A DNA stretch of 64,000 bases from Octopus bimaculoides (GCF_001194135.2 NC_068999.1:47540881-47604880), one strand, 5' to 3'. Positions 22,796 to 36,221 are shown, counted from the stretch's first letter. Numbers and translations: made by a program. Notes: generated from the letters alone by a model not told the origin.

Positions 22796-23264
22796 AACAC
22801 GACTGCTTATGAACAGGCTTTCATGCAATCTAAAAAGTCTGCTTGAGGTTGATCAAAGAGAAAAGAAACAACAGTAACAGAACAAACATGAAAAGGTGTT
22901 GAGACATAACTTTAAAAATCCTCAGAAAGATTTCTCTTAATGCCTAGTAACTTGTGTGTACATATGAGTAGGGTCGTTTAGAAAAGACACCACCAAACCC
23001 TAATTGTCTGGAAGAAGTTGTAGGTCACTCGTCAAATTATTAAGTTATCTGCCAGTGAAACTAAGATGAAAGTTCACAGGAAAATAAAAGATTTAGGGAA
23101 GAGGAAAATTGAAGTTCTGGAATATGTAAATGTCACTCCATAACTTGATGCTGTCATTCCAGTAAAAGGTGTGAAATGACAGCATTTTAGGTATTAAATT
23201 CTTCTTTTTCATCAAGATTTGGCATATTTCTTTGATTTATTTTTTTTACCACTTGTTTTTTTGC

Positions 23265-23570
23265 ACACACACACACACACACGTATGTACACACACACAC
23301 GTATGTACACACACACACACATGTATGTACACACAGACACACGTATGTACACACACACACACACTTATGTACACACACGCATGCATATATGTATGTACAC
23401 ACACGCATGCATATATGTATGTATACACACACACATATTTGTATGTATACACACACACACCCATACAAGCATATATGTACATACAAATATATACATGTAG
23501 GTATGTACACATTAACATACACATGTGCATATACACATATGCACATGCGTCTATGTATGCACATACATTA
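23265..23570. repeat. (CA)n/(TATG)n compound repeat
   Basis: Directly visible. Confidence 0.92.
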
Positions 23571-24950
23571 ACGTCAACTTTTGAGTATATTTGCACAAAC
23601 AATATTTACAGTGATAAATTGAAATAATGGAAGTGTCACAAATTGTTTAACTATGAGAGAAGATCGCAGGAATTTAATGCTATGTGACAACACACATTTG
23701 CCAGCAGTGCTCCAGCATGGCCAAAGCAAACAATGAATGCATTATCTAATGGCGGTACCATTAACAAACTTGTTCTAATTATATCAGTTCTTTAATTACT
23801 CAGCTAATGTTCATGTTGATTATCAGCCAAAGTAGACTTTGGCCAGTGAACTCACTTTTAAACAATGATAACAATCAAATTGTTGATAAAAATAATTTTC
23901 TAGGAATTTACAAAACAATCATATACATATGCTTCTAAAACATGCTTACATGTATGTGTGCCTGTATGTATAAACGGGGTGTGACGTACACATATGCATT
24001 TACCCATTTTTAAACATAATAATTTACTCCTTATTCAAACATAAAGGTAAAGGCTATAGTGAAAACAAAAGGAAGCCATTTTGAATTGTAAATATATTCT
24101 TTTATTCTTTTATTTGTTTCAGTCATTTGACTGTGGCCATGCTGGAGCACCGCCTTTATGTAAAATTTTGTCAAATAATAATGAGAATAAGAATCCTTTC
24201 TACTATAGGCACAAGGCCTGAAACAATCACACAGCAGCATGCGATGAAATATCTTGCTCAAGAACGCAACACACCACCCTGTCTAGGAACTGAAACCATG
24301 ATCTTGCAATTATGGGTACAACATCCTAACCACTAGGCCATCTGGTCTCACTAGTGTAGCTGGTGGTGGTGGGGTCATAGGGGCAGTCCGCCTTGTGCGG
24401 CACTTTTAAAGGGGCACCACTTTTGGGTCTGCTGTAGGCAATATGTGTTTTTTGTAGGGTCCAGGAGTGGAAAACAGAAGGGTCGCTAGTGTCTGGCCTC
24501 AGCACACACATACAGATAGACAGACATACATCATTATTTAACATGTCTTCTAAGCTGATGAAGATTGGATGGTTCAACTAAATCCACGAATTCAGAAGAC
24601 TGCATCATTGTCTGCTTCTCTATGGTTCCAATGGCTGGATGCCCTTCTTAATACCAACCATTTTACAGAGGGTGCTGGGTGGGTGCCTCTTTACATGGTT
24701 AGGTTTATCTATAATTTATCCGTGTGATGGCTGGGCATTTTTATCCAAGTTTTCACATTAAAATTTTGGGCTATTTGACTTTTTAATATCAATTAATGGC
24801 TTTGCAAGTCTAAAAAAAAAAAAAAAAAAGAAACCAAACATATATATATGTATGTTTATACACACACATACACACTTATACACACATACACTCACATACA
24901 TACATACATACACACACACAATCATACTTGTTGATACTCATTCATGTGCA

Positions 24951-24986
<36 letters not shown>

Positions 24987-25294
24987 GACACACACTTGCA
25001 CACAGACACACAGGCACACATCCGTACAAGCAACATACACATAGACACATACACACTCTTATACACATGCGTTTGCATTCCAAGGTGTATTGTGTCAGTT
25101 TCCTAGGAAGCTAACTTTAAACACTATTGTTTCTGTTTAAAGTTGTTTTTTCCTCTCTGTCTTACTTCCTCACTGCATTCTCCTGTACTGGACAATCCTG
25201 GTTGCTACTGCAGTTGCTGCTACTACTACTACTACTGCTGCTAGACATTTCCTGTTACTACTACTACTGTTGGTCAGTTGTCTAGGGAATTCAG

Positions 25295-25660
25295 GTATGG
25301 CGGCGAGATGGCACCAGAGACGTTAGCACGCCGGGCGAAATGCTTAGCGGTATTTCGTCTGCCACTACGTTCTGAGTTCAAATTCTGCCGAGGTCGACTT
25401 TGCCTTTCATCCTTTCAGGGTCGATTAAATAAGTACCAGTTATGCACTGGGGTCGATATAATCGACTTAATCCGTTTGTCTGTTCTCGTTTGTCCCCTCT
25501 GTGTGTAGCCCTTTATGGGCAATAAAGAAATAAGAAGCTTGCTTCCCAACCACGTGGTTCAGGGTTCAATCCCATTGTGTGGCATCTTAGGCAAGTGTCT
25601 TCTACTGAAGGCCTCAGGGCAACCAAAGCTTTGTGAGTGGATTTGGTAGACAAAAACTGG
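25295..25660 (+). mobile_element. Full-length SINE family A directly followed by a family B head
   Basis: ggcggcgagatggcaccagagacgttagc...gcaataaagaaataag then aagcttgcttcccaaccacgtgg. Confidence 0.88.
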
Positions 25661-26165
25661 CTGCTAGTTGGAATATTAAATTACTGGTTTATCATTAGTG
25701 TTATGTTTTATTTTTATATTCTACTCTAGAACAAATCTAGAGTTTTAACCAACACTGTATGTTATGATAAATGTAAACATAACATTCATATAGTTTAGAA
25801 TATAACACTTGGACACATGATCATCATGAACCCACTGGACAAGAGTTTTATCTGATACTGTCAGTTGTTTCATGATAGAATCATACTAGACATTTAATAC
25901 ACATAAGCACTTATATTTACTTATCATTTATAATTTTATACATGCTTTATTAACTCTTTACATTCTCATTCTATAAAGCTAAAAAGAAGTTTTAAGAAGT
26001 TATAAACTTTCAAGCATAACAGTAGTACCATCCTGTATCAAAATATTATAGTGATTATGCTAGAACAGAAAGTGTAGTGACTGGGTCATAAAAATGTGGT
26101 GAAGTGAAAAAAGAAAAGAAAAGAAGAAACAGGAATAAAACACAAATGAATATAACAATGTATAT

Positions 26166-26231
<66 letters not shown>

Positions 26232-26714
26232 AAATTATTAATATGATTCCAAGTCTGTGTTAGATTTTTTCCTATATTTGTTAAGGTCGAGCAACTAACA
26301 AGTAAATCTGTGGTATTGAGCAGAATTTTTGCAGTAGCCCAGATTTTATACAAAAACAAAACATGTACATGATAACCCTTCCAATCAGTTTAGATCAAAA
26401 GCCATGAGAACCACTGCCTAGTACTGTACCAGAGCATCATTTACTATTATTATTATTATTACTATTTGGCAGTTCAAGGGCAGCAAACTGCAAACTGAAA
26501 GTGACAGGTGTTAACTGTAACTGTTTCTATGTCTACCTGCATGTGGTATGTATAGGGATGTGTGTGTACTCGTGTTGAAGACCAAATTTGTTGTTATTTT
26601 CTTCCAATTTCTTGCCATGAAAAGTTTATTTCAATAATTAAAAGGGGGAAAAAAAAAACATTGAAGTAAAATAGATCAACCGCATTTTATGATTTAGTCC
26701 CTTTATTATTGATT

Positions 26715-27040
26715 TTCAACCTTCGGCAAGTGTCTTCTGCTATAGACCCGGTTCGAACAAAGCCTTGTGAGTGCATTTGGTAGACAGAAACTGAGAAAAG
26801 AAAACAAAAAAACGTCATACACACACACACACACATATGTGTGTGTCCACCACCACCTCTTGGCAACTGGTATTGGTTTGTTTGCACCACGTAACTTAGT
26901 GGTTCAACAAAAAGGGTCCAACAGAATAAGTATCAGACTTTAAACAAAAAAGTACTGGGATTGATTTGTGTTCAAATAAAACCCTTCAAGGGAGTGCACC
27001 TGTATGGCAGCAGTTCAATGACTGAAACAAGTAAAAAAAA
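26715..27040 (+). mobile_element. SINE family B, 5'-truncated
   Basis: cggcaagtgtcttctgctatag...gatttggtagacagaaactga...caatgactgaaacaagtaaaa. Confidence 0.8.
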
Positions 27041-27861
27041 AAATTGAAAATGCCAAAACTGAAAAATACCATTCCCACCAAACTTTTATTTTTATTTTAT
27101 TTCGCAGAATCGTAATCTACAATCGTTAAACATTTAAGAAATTGATTTTTTTTGTTTTTTTGTGCTTCAAATAATTTCCGACTCTATTGTACAGGGACGC
27201 CCAAACTTTCTCTCGCTGCTACTGTGAGGGTGTAGTTGTTGCTGTTGAGTCCTAGGCAACTGCGGACTAAGCAGACACATAACCAAAGACATTCCAAGCA
27301 TGACCATCTCGTCTTTTTATTATTTTTATCTAGTACTGCATTACCCAACATATTGTTTGTTTCTTTTTTAAGACTGCGAGGTATTATTTGAGATTTCTAT
27401 TTGCCGTTTCTAGCCAGAGACTGACCATATACAGATGGTATGTCGTTTGACCAGTCAAACAAGTAAAACGCATTACAGATTATACATTGTAAGAATATAT
27501 TATGTAAGATGATTGTTATATAATTAGGGGACACAAAATGTTGGAGATAATGCATAGGAAATATGAAATATTATTAAACGATGGAGAAGAATAGAGAGGA
27601 TACTGCCAGTGGTGGTGAGGAGGATGATGATGATGTTGATGGGGGTAGCAGTAGTAGTCATGTGACATGAAGGAAGCAGGGAAGACTTAGTCAGGCGTAA
27701 GTGGGGAGAAGAAAGAGGAAGAGACATAAAGTGGCATGAGGAGGAGAAGGAGGAGGAGAATTAGTATAACATAGTGTTTTGTGTGAAAGGCCAACGTGCT
27801 TTCGACTTTTCTTCGCAGCCAGGCAGCTCCAGGTATATAAAAATCTATTACAGCTGATACC

Positions 27862-27911
27862 ATGAGTTCCTATTTAACAAAGATATGGCCACTTTCGCAA
27901 CGAACTCTAAG
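27862..27911 (+). CDS. Candidate first coding exon of malic enzyme encoding a mitochondrial-presequence-like peptide: MSSYLTKIWPLSQRTL(R)
   Basis: accATG context, 50 nt, AG|gtacaa donor, phase 2 in frame with exon 33938; the resulting 30-aa leader has no D/E and is rich in S/T/L/K/R. Confidence 0.62.
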
Positions 27912-30900
27912 GTACAAAATTATTTGCTAATCTTCACTTTTCACTTATACTAAATTACTTTTCATTGTCTCCAATGTCTGTGACAGTCAATGACAAACGA
28001 AGATGACAGTCAAATTGTCAAATCTCTGATAACCGACTTCAAAATCTTAACGATTTATTCTTTATCCTAGTCATGCATTATTTATCTACACCATGTTTTT
28101 TTAATTTTTTTTTTCATGATTCTTTATCTAAATTTACCTCTGATGCTGATAAATTAACGATAACAACTTCATTCGAACTGTTGGTCTTCCTGTCATATTC
28201 TTTATTTTTCTGCGGTTTTCTTATACAATCAATAATGTCTATTTCATTTCACCCCCTTGTTTAATGTTGTCATTGATAAAACGGTTTTAATTATTACAGT
28301 TGTCTCAACACCCTTTCATTATTATGAATGTGTGGGCATCAAATCTTTCCATTATTTCTCAAATCATCTAAACAAAGGCTTTAGGAATCTGTGTTTGTTG
28401 TTTGTTAGAATATATTTTTGAGGGAAAGTATGGGCTTCACAACATAACAGACCTATGTCTAATTAATACATATATCTTAAGAAATATTCATACTTAAAAT
28501 ACTTATAATTGTCTTTTGTTTTTCCACGCGAGTTAATCAATGTTCCCTGCAGAATATATAATGTAACAGGAGTTACACAATAGCGGTCTTTGATGTATAT
28601 ATATTGTGCAATAGGGGTCGGTTAGGCAATATATACTTTAAAGTAACATTGCGAGAAAGACAAGACATTGGAAGTGTACATACACAAATCACAAAAATAA
28701 TAGCATCGCATTGAAATTTATGATTTATAATTTTAAAATGCGCATCAGATCACTATTTTTATTGAAATGAGATACAATAAAGCAAATAAACGGCATAGTT
28801 TCGTTTAAACTATTATTATTATTACTTCTATACATACTGAGTGTGGAGGTGGGAAATCTGTTTCTGTTATATTGATAGTTTCATTAATGATCCTCTAACA
28901 GGTTATTGAACTAAATAAATACATATGACCACTGAATTGTAGTCGTCCTTGCTGTTTCTAGCTTCAACCGTTCATTATCACCTCTGATATATTTCTTCCC
29001 TCTACGTCATTAGAGGAAATCCTTCGAGGTTAATTATAAATAGTATTTCTCTCCTTATTCCCCGGTAGCCTTCACCTAGAGTTTAATGTTTATTTCAAAT
29101 ATCCTTGCTACAACACATTTTAATTATGGCATTCTGCTGTTTACAATTCATTAGAAAGCTCTTTAAAAATAATCTGGTGAAATTTTAAGGCGCAAATTTC
29201 AAATGGTTTATATTTTGCTCTATTCTCGAATTGATGCCGATAAAGAAAGACGTATCGTTTTTTAACTCGAAGAACTAAGCGCACCATTTCATCAAGATAT
29301 CTATTCCTTGTCTATTTTAGTTTCCGCATGTTCCCTGCGGCAAATTTCTGATCTTTGAAGTGGAGAGGTACAACGTGTAATGATTATATTTATACCAGTG
29401 AAACACTACTTACTAAGTAGCCATCATAAAAAAATATTATCTGTTGCGTATTTAGGTGTTTGGACGATTTTCAGGGAGTGAAGAACCGATTGAGCTCTGG
29501 CGTAGTTAGAACTCAAAACGACGACACACTAATCTAGGTTTTCAATAATCTTTATATCCCTCTCCCCACAATTATTTATAACAACTAGCTGAATGGAATA
29601 TTTATCAAATAAGACAAAAGACTTGTGAAATATCTGCACCAAAAGAGTATAGTCATAAAAATAAAGACTGATAAAGAAATTGAGGTGGCTTTAACAGTTC
29701 GTGTTTAATATTAATATTTAATACATAAGAGGTTTCTGGATGTAGGAAGAAATATGTTCCAAAAAGAATTGGTGAAGAAAATGTCTTAAATGTTTTAAAG
29801 TATCATTTGATGTTGTACAATGTTCATCCAAATGCAGTATTTATCCAAATGAGGTTTTGTCAATCGTTTCATCAAACATGTGAAGGAATGCCTCCTCAGT
29901 TAATGGGATCTATGCCTGGAAAAGTTCCTGTCCATGGTACAAAATTGGACAAGATTTATTATGGAAAACAAGCACTTTCCCAAGTTTCTCTTCTCCATGC
30001 CAAAGGAAAGCAAGGACTGGTACAGCTTGGCACCCGTGTCATTGCAGGAATTGTCATCAAGACAATGAACCAGAAGCAGATAGTATTTGGTATCTTATCT
30101 GATGCTCTACAAATTCTGTTGAACCACTGCCATGGATTGGTTCTTTAATTATTAACCCCAAAAAGATGAAAAGCAAAATTGACTTCAGCGGGATTTGAAT
30201 TCAGAATCGAGAAAGCGAGAAGGAATATGGCAATACATTGCAACACTCTCCAACTCCATTAATAGATGCTGTCCCTTGCAAACACAAAGCTCATGCAATA
30301 AAATTGCATTACATCTCCTTTAATTCCTTCCATTATTTAAAGCTGTATCTTATAACAGTTGCAATAATCTTTATAGATAGAGTTACAATGATTATAATGA
30401 CAGTTTTCCAATTGTAACAGAGAAGTTTTGCAGTTATATTGACAAAGATGTTTTGTGTAAATGAATGAAGAACAATATTTAATTTCTTATTAAAATGACC
30501 TTTTATTTATTATATAATTATTGTTGTTACAGTATATAAAATGTATAGCCTCATCGAGTTGTTTGTATACACGTTGTTTGTAGATGCAGTAAAATATCTG
30601 CCTTTTGGTTCAGTTGTGTTTGCTAGTTGTTAGTTTCAACTCTGTGACTACCAGAGAGAGAGAGAGTTGTATTGTGAAGCGGAGAGTATATGCAGCATGT
30701 TATCCCTTTCCTCTCCATTGGTACTGGGAATGCTCATTGATCAGAGGCAGCAACCAAAGAGACTGAAAACTATTTGGTTTAAAATTTTATAATTTGCTGA
30801 TAACTGAATTAGGTCAGCTAAAGCAATAGAGTTCTTCATCCTTAATCAGATTTGACTGATGAATACCGCAAAAAAAAAAAAAAAGAGGTCAGTACATTCC

Positions 30901-32304
30901 CATTAATCTCTGAGTGCAAAAAGGCTAAAACAATTGACTGTGGAAATGTAAGAATTTGGTTTCAAATCCTAGCTCAGCTATTTTGTAGTTGTTTGCTACA
31001 GAGTCTGAAATATTCATAGCATCAGGGATTGATTCGGTATTTTGTTTGCTATCAATGTTTGTCAATTGTTTATTTGATCCACATGAGATAATATACTCTG
31101 TTAATCCTCAAGAATCACAGATTTGTTTTTCCTGCTTTAGATCTAAAATCTAGTTTGTTGTAGTCCATAATTTCATCTGCCTTGATACCAAACTGGACTG
31201 CTGTATAAGACATTGTTACTGAAGGATATTTGTCCTGATAACTCAAATCAGATATGCTCAGAATTTTGGACTAACTGAGGAATTGTTCCATAACTCAAAA
31301 TCATGCTGCTTAACATGTTAACTCCCATGATCTGTTACCAGTACTTACTGGTGATGCCACGTATTTTGTGCATTTACACTGCATACTGTTTAATTACAAG
31401 GAAATGTAATTTTTTGGCGTTTTCACAGTATTTCATAATTAAACTTCAATATTTGGCACTCATGTTATTTAAACATCCTCAAAACCATGTCAAAGATACA
31501 GAATAAAATATTTTCTCAAATTATAAAAATGTACCACTGGTGGTGCATGTGGTAGTTGTGTGAAGTTGGTGATGAACTGCTAGTGCTATTTGTGATGGTT
31601 AATGTGTTAAATATGCACTGTAATAGTAGTATATATAAAGAGTGCTTATGTATTACTATTACATATAAGCACTACTTATATGTAATAGTGAGTCCAACCC
31701 ATGCTAGCATGGAAAGCGGACGTTAAACGATGATGATGATGATGATGAGAGAGCTGTATTAATGGTCAGTTGGTTCTCATTATTACCTGAGCTGATGGCA
31801 GCTCTGTAAGATAAAGTGTTCTGATCAAGGACACAATGTGCTGACCTATCTGCCATTTGATCCCATGACCTTACAATTATGAGCCTGTCACCCTAAACTA
31901 CTTGGTCACATACCATTAAATAGTTTTTAACCCTATTGTTAAAAACAACCGATTTGGTTAACATTTGTTTTTTATTAGACATTTCAAGTAAGACTTAAAG
32001 AACACTCATTTGGAATGGTAAACAAAAATGCAATTATTTATTTGAAAGACTGTCAGAAGAGAAATTTATAGACTTGTATATCTGTCAGAGAGTAAGAATT
32101 AAACAAGATCAAAACGACCAAATATATATTATAACATATAATGATGTACAACAGTCAAGATAAATTAAAGTTGCAGTTTCTTGGCTGTCGTTTCATTTCA
32201 TCATAGCTCAGTAATTTGAAAATGTAAGAGATTCGTTTACTTAATTCACAGAAGCCAAGTTATTTTCTTTACATTCACCATTATTGTTGGTTTCATTTTT
32301 AATT

Positions 32305-32640
32305 ACATGGCTGTGTGGCAAGAAGTTTCCTTCACGACCATATGGTTTTGGTTTCAGTGTCTTCTACTGTAAGCCCTGGACCAACCAAAGCTTTATGAGT
32401 AGATTTGGTAGACAGAAACTGAAAGAAGTTGTGTGTGTCTGTTTGTCCCCCACCACCACCACCATCGCTTGACAACTGATGCAGGCGTGTTTACATCCCC
32501 GTAACTCAGCGTTTCAGCAAAAAGAGACCGATAGAATAAGTACTAGGCTTACAAAGAATAAGTCCCGGGGTCGATTTGTTCGATTAAAGGCGGTGCTCCA
32601 GCATGGCCACAGTCAAATGACTGAAACAAATAAAAGAGTC
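32305..32640 (+). mobile_element. SINE family B, full length
   Basis: tggctgtgtggcaagaag head to ccagcatggccacagtcaaatgactgaaacaaataaaaga tail. Confidence 0.85.
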
Positions 32641-32789
32641 AAAGAATGTTTCCTCTGATAAATATTTAGCAGATCTCGTGAAAGTTGAAAGCATTTTGAA
32701 ATATTAAAAATGATTGAAAGAACGTTAGCATCAGAATTAAAATGGTTTTCAGATATTTTTATTTTGTTTCCTGTTAATGTGTTTATCTT

Positions 32790-33145
32790 TTACTTGTTTC
32801 AGTCACTAAACTGCAGCCATGCTGGGGCACTGCCTTGAAGAATTTTATTTAAATGACTTCTGTACTTATTTTTTTAAAGCCTGGTACTCACTCTCTTTTG
32901 CCAAACTGCTAAGTTACAGGGATATAAACACACCAGTACTGGTTGTTAATAGGTAGTGGAGGATAATAAAGACACACACACACACCCGATGGGCTTCCAC
33001 AGTTTCCGTCTACCAAATCCACTTAAAAGGCTTTGGTCACCTCTAAACTATAGTAGAAGACACTTTCCCAGGTGCCACACAGTGGAACTGAACCCAGAAC
33101 CATGTGGTTGGGAAGTAAGCTTCTTACCACACAGCCACACCTGCC
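32790..33145 (-). mobile_element. SINE family B, full length, inverted relative to the 32305 copy
   Basis: tttacttgtttcagtca... to ...cttcttaccacacagccacacctgcc. Confidence 0.85.
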
Positions 33146-33937
33146 AGTCTGTCGTAAGATTATATATATAAAAAACAAACCTTTATGTTTGATGGGACAT
33201 TCAGATAGATAGAATGCTTGTTATACATTTCTTGAGTTTCACATACAATAGTAGAACAGATGAATAATGCAAAAGTATAAATTATTCATTGAAAAGCTAA
33301 ATCATTGCAAATTATATTGTTTAAATATTTACATCAATGCTCACTATAGAATCAATGATTATGGATCATATTAGATACAGTTTGTACATCAGAGTTCAAT
33401 AAAAGGGAAATCATTGATTAAACAACTTTATAGGCATGACTGTGTAGGCGTAGGTGTATGTTATATAGTGAAACTGTATACCCCTGCCGGTAAAAAGTGG
33501 TTATAAATAGACCAGTCTAGTCGGTGTCTTATGGATCTATCAACAATGGCAAGACAGAAGTTAGTGTATTACTATTCTGGCACAAAGATACAACAATATC
33601 CAATGACTAGTAACTACTATGGCTACTAGCATAAAACAGCAACTACAGTGCAACAGCAGTCGCACATCACACCAGTGGGAGGAACCCACTTTACAACTGT
33701 GTGTGTTTGTGTCTGTTCATCCCCCACCACTGCTTGACAACCAGTGTTGGTGTGTTTACATCCCCACAACTTAGTGGTTCATCAAAAGAAGACCAACTGG
33801 ATAAGTATCAGTCTTTAAAATAAAATAAGTACTAGGCTCTAGCAATATGCTAGAAAATGCAATATGTGAAAATATTTCTACTGAATCTAGACAAACATGT
33901 TTATTCATTGACATGCCCTTTTTTCCCTCTGTTTCAG

Positions 33938-34088
33938 AGCCAATTCTGTCTCTGTTGGAAATATCCATACCAAAACTATGGATATGTTCAAGACATCTGG
34001 GTTGACCTGGAAAGAATCTTCAGCAAAACATGTGAGCCAAGCAAAATCCCGAGGCATAGATATCATCCGCAACCCAAGAATAAACAAG
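33938..34088 (+). CDS. ME1: Malic enzyme exon: ANSVSVGNIHTKT-MDMFKTSGLTWKESSAKHVSQAKSRGIDIIRNPRINK (internal Met at 33978)
   Basis: gtttcag acceptor, gtatac donor; RGIDIIRNPRINK matches the malic enzyme N-terminal RGxDxxRNPxLNK. Confidence 0.92.
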
Positions 34089-34587
34089 GTATACATACAC
34101 ACAGATTTTGTTTATTTGTTGAATTTATGTCTATTTTCCTATACTAGCATGAGTTAGATGATTACTTATTTATTTGAGGCAGTATTTTACGGTCAGACCT
34201 CCCTTCCTGTTAATAACTCATACTTGGTTTTTTGAGTAAGGGAGTTTTGTTTTGTTCAATTGGTCTTTGAAAATGCAGAATTACAGGACATTGTTGATAG
34301 GAAATGTAAATAATGTACAATTGCTTTTAAATTTTGCTTTATCCAGAGAAAAGGAAGAAATTAAAATGTTCAGTTTTTAAAATGTAATGCAAGCAAATCA
34401 GCGGTCTGCCTTGTCCATTTAAATTGAAAACTAATTAATAAACAGTAATTTTTAACTATGCAAACATTTCAATCAAATCAAACTGGAAGAAGAGAGTAAA
34501 GGGATGGAATCAGCTGTGATGTTATTTCAAAACAACAAATCAATGGAATAACCTTTTGCTATTTTCATATTCTTCCCAAAGAATTAA

Positions 34588-34776
34588 TCCTTTCGCATTC
34601 AGATTATTCTGTCAAAGCTGTAGGATTTATTGCTTTGAAATTAATCCTGCATTATCTTCAAGATTTCGATGATGTGATTGTTTATTTCTAAAATGACCTT
34701 GTTAAATAAGAGTGAGAGGCCAGATCTGGTCAGTAGAATATTTCGGCCAGATATGGCAGGTTTTAGTGCTAAAGGG
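34588..34776. mobile_element. piggyBac-like MITE
   Basis: TTAA on both sides (34584-34587, 34777-34780); TIRs tcctttcgcatt / agtgctaaaggg; relatives at ~1195-1420, 46502-46722 and 60092-60472. Confidence 0.72.
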
Positions 34777-35099
34777 TTAAATGAGACTACCTTAGAGAAT
34801 TCGAGAGACTACAGTATAGTTAATCCGTCATGAATCAGCAATATCAAGTATCATCATTATCATCGACCTATCAGGGACAAACTGCAACTCATGGAACTTT
34901 CTGAATGGCATTGCCTAAATGAAAAATTAAATTTGATTGTATTTTAGTGGTGTGGCCCCACCTAATAATGAGTCATGTCTAATGTGGCCCATTTGTCAAG
35001 AAAGGTTGCCTATGCCTGGTTTATCTTATCAGTCATTACTCAAAATTTTCTATTTATCAGCACTTAAATGTGGATGTTCTTTAAGAATAAACTATACTG

Positions 35100-35470
35100 T
35101 GTTAGGTTGTTGTTTGCACTCCGTCGTTTTACAACGTCGAGGGTTCCAGTTGATCCGACCAACGGAACAGCCTGCTCGTGAAATTAACATGCAAGTGGCT
35201 GAGCACTCCACAGACACGTGTACCCTTAACGTAGTTCTCGGGGATATTCAGCGTGACACAGTGTGACAAGGCTGACCCTTTGAAATACAGGCACAACAGA
35301 AACAGGAAGAAAGAATGAGAGAAAGTTGTGGTGAAAGAGTACAGCAGGGTTCGCCACCATCCCCTGCCGGAGCCTCGTGGTGCTTTAGGTGTTTTCGCTC
35401 AATAAACACACACAACGCCTGGGAATCGAAACCGCGATCCTATGACCACGAGTCTGCTGCCCTAACCACT
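35100..35470 (-). mobile_element. SINE family C, long form
   Basis: gcaagtggctgagcactccacagacacgtgtacccttaacg...gggaatcgaaaccgcgatcc...ccctaaccact. Confidence 0.8.
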
Positions 35471-35882
35471 CTCATATTGGCTTTTTGGTGCAAAATCCAC
35501 TCTTGTTTATATAAACGAAATGCACTCTTATATAAACAAGATTGCATTTTGCACCAAAAAGCTAATATGAGAGTTTCTTTCTGGGTCTCTACCACATCAC
35601 AGTTTATTCTAACAGAACGCCAACCTTCAAACGGGGATAAATTTAACACGGTATTAACACTGTGTCTGTCTCTAATATGTATTTTTCAGAAGTTTCCATT
35701 AACTGAATTACTCTGGAGTGACAATAGGTGCGACATTTCTACTGCCTCTATTATTACATGATTAAATAAATGTTCTAATTTGTAAAGATATCTTAAGGGT
35801 CCACATTAGTTGTTTATGATTTTTTTTCGATTTTCCTAAATCCTTGTATACTGAGTTCTTAATTCATTGAATTCACTTGCAG

Positions 35883-36166
35883 AGCCTGGCTTTCACATTA
35901 AGGGAACGTCAGATAATGGGTATTCATGGCTTGCTGCCTCCCTGCATCATTACTCAAGATCAGCAAGCTTACCGAGTGATGGAAAATTTCCGACGCCGTC
36001 CCACTGATTTAGACAAATATATTTATTTGACAGCCTTACTTGATAGAAATGAGCGTTTATTTTACAAAGTCCTCACAGAACATGTAGAAGAAATGATGCC
36101 AATAGTATACACCCCGACTGTTGGGCTGGCCTGCCAGCAGTATGGGCTTTTGTTCAGGAGACCAAG
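35883..36166 (+). CDS. ME1: Malic enzyme exon: SLAFTLRERQ...MPIVYTPTVGLACQQYGLLFRRP(R)
   Basis: cttgcag/gtaact, 284 nt; contains the catalytic Tyr motif IVYTPTVG. Confidence 0.97.
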
Positions 36167-36221
36167 GTAACTTTAAGAAGGGTGCTTATATTGTTTGTTT
36201 GTTGTGTAGTCATAGGTCAGG

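Noticed and set aside
22076-23627. His/Tyr/Thr/Cys/Val-rich ORFs of 120-185 aa
   Set aside because: Translations of microsatellites
27834-27842. TATATAAAA as a TATA box for the presequence exon
   Set aside because: Only about 28 nt upstream of the ATG, leaving essentially no 5' UTR; probably inside the exon or chance
29318-29376. Inr-like TTAGTT followed by GAG|GTACAA, a possible non-coding first exon
   Set aside because: Weak signals in AT-rich DNA; its ATG closes after 7 codons; cannot be supported without RNA
29807-30148. 113-aa ORF upstream of malic enzyme
   Set aside because: Antisense of a degenerate SINE: the reverse strand has gggtgccaagctgtaccag...ctttcctttgg, matching the 36378 body
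35315-35761. 148-aa and neighbouring ORFs (also 36380-36748)
   Set aside because: Lie in SINE bodies within malic enzyme introns; no protein motif
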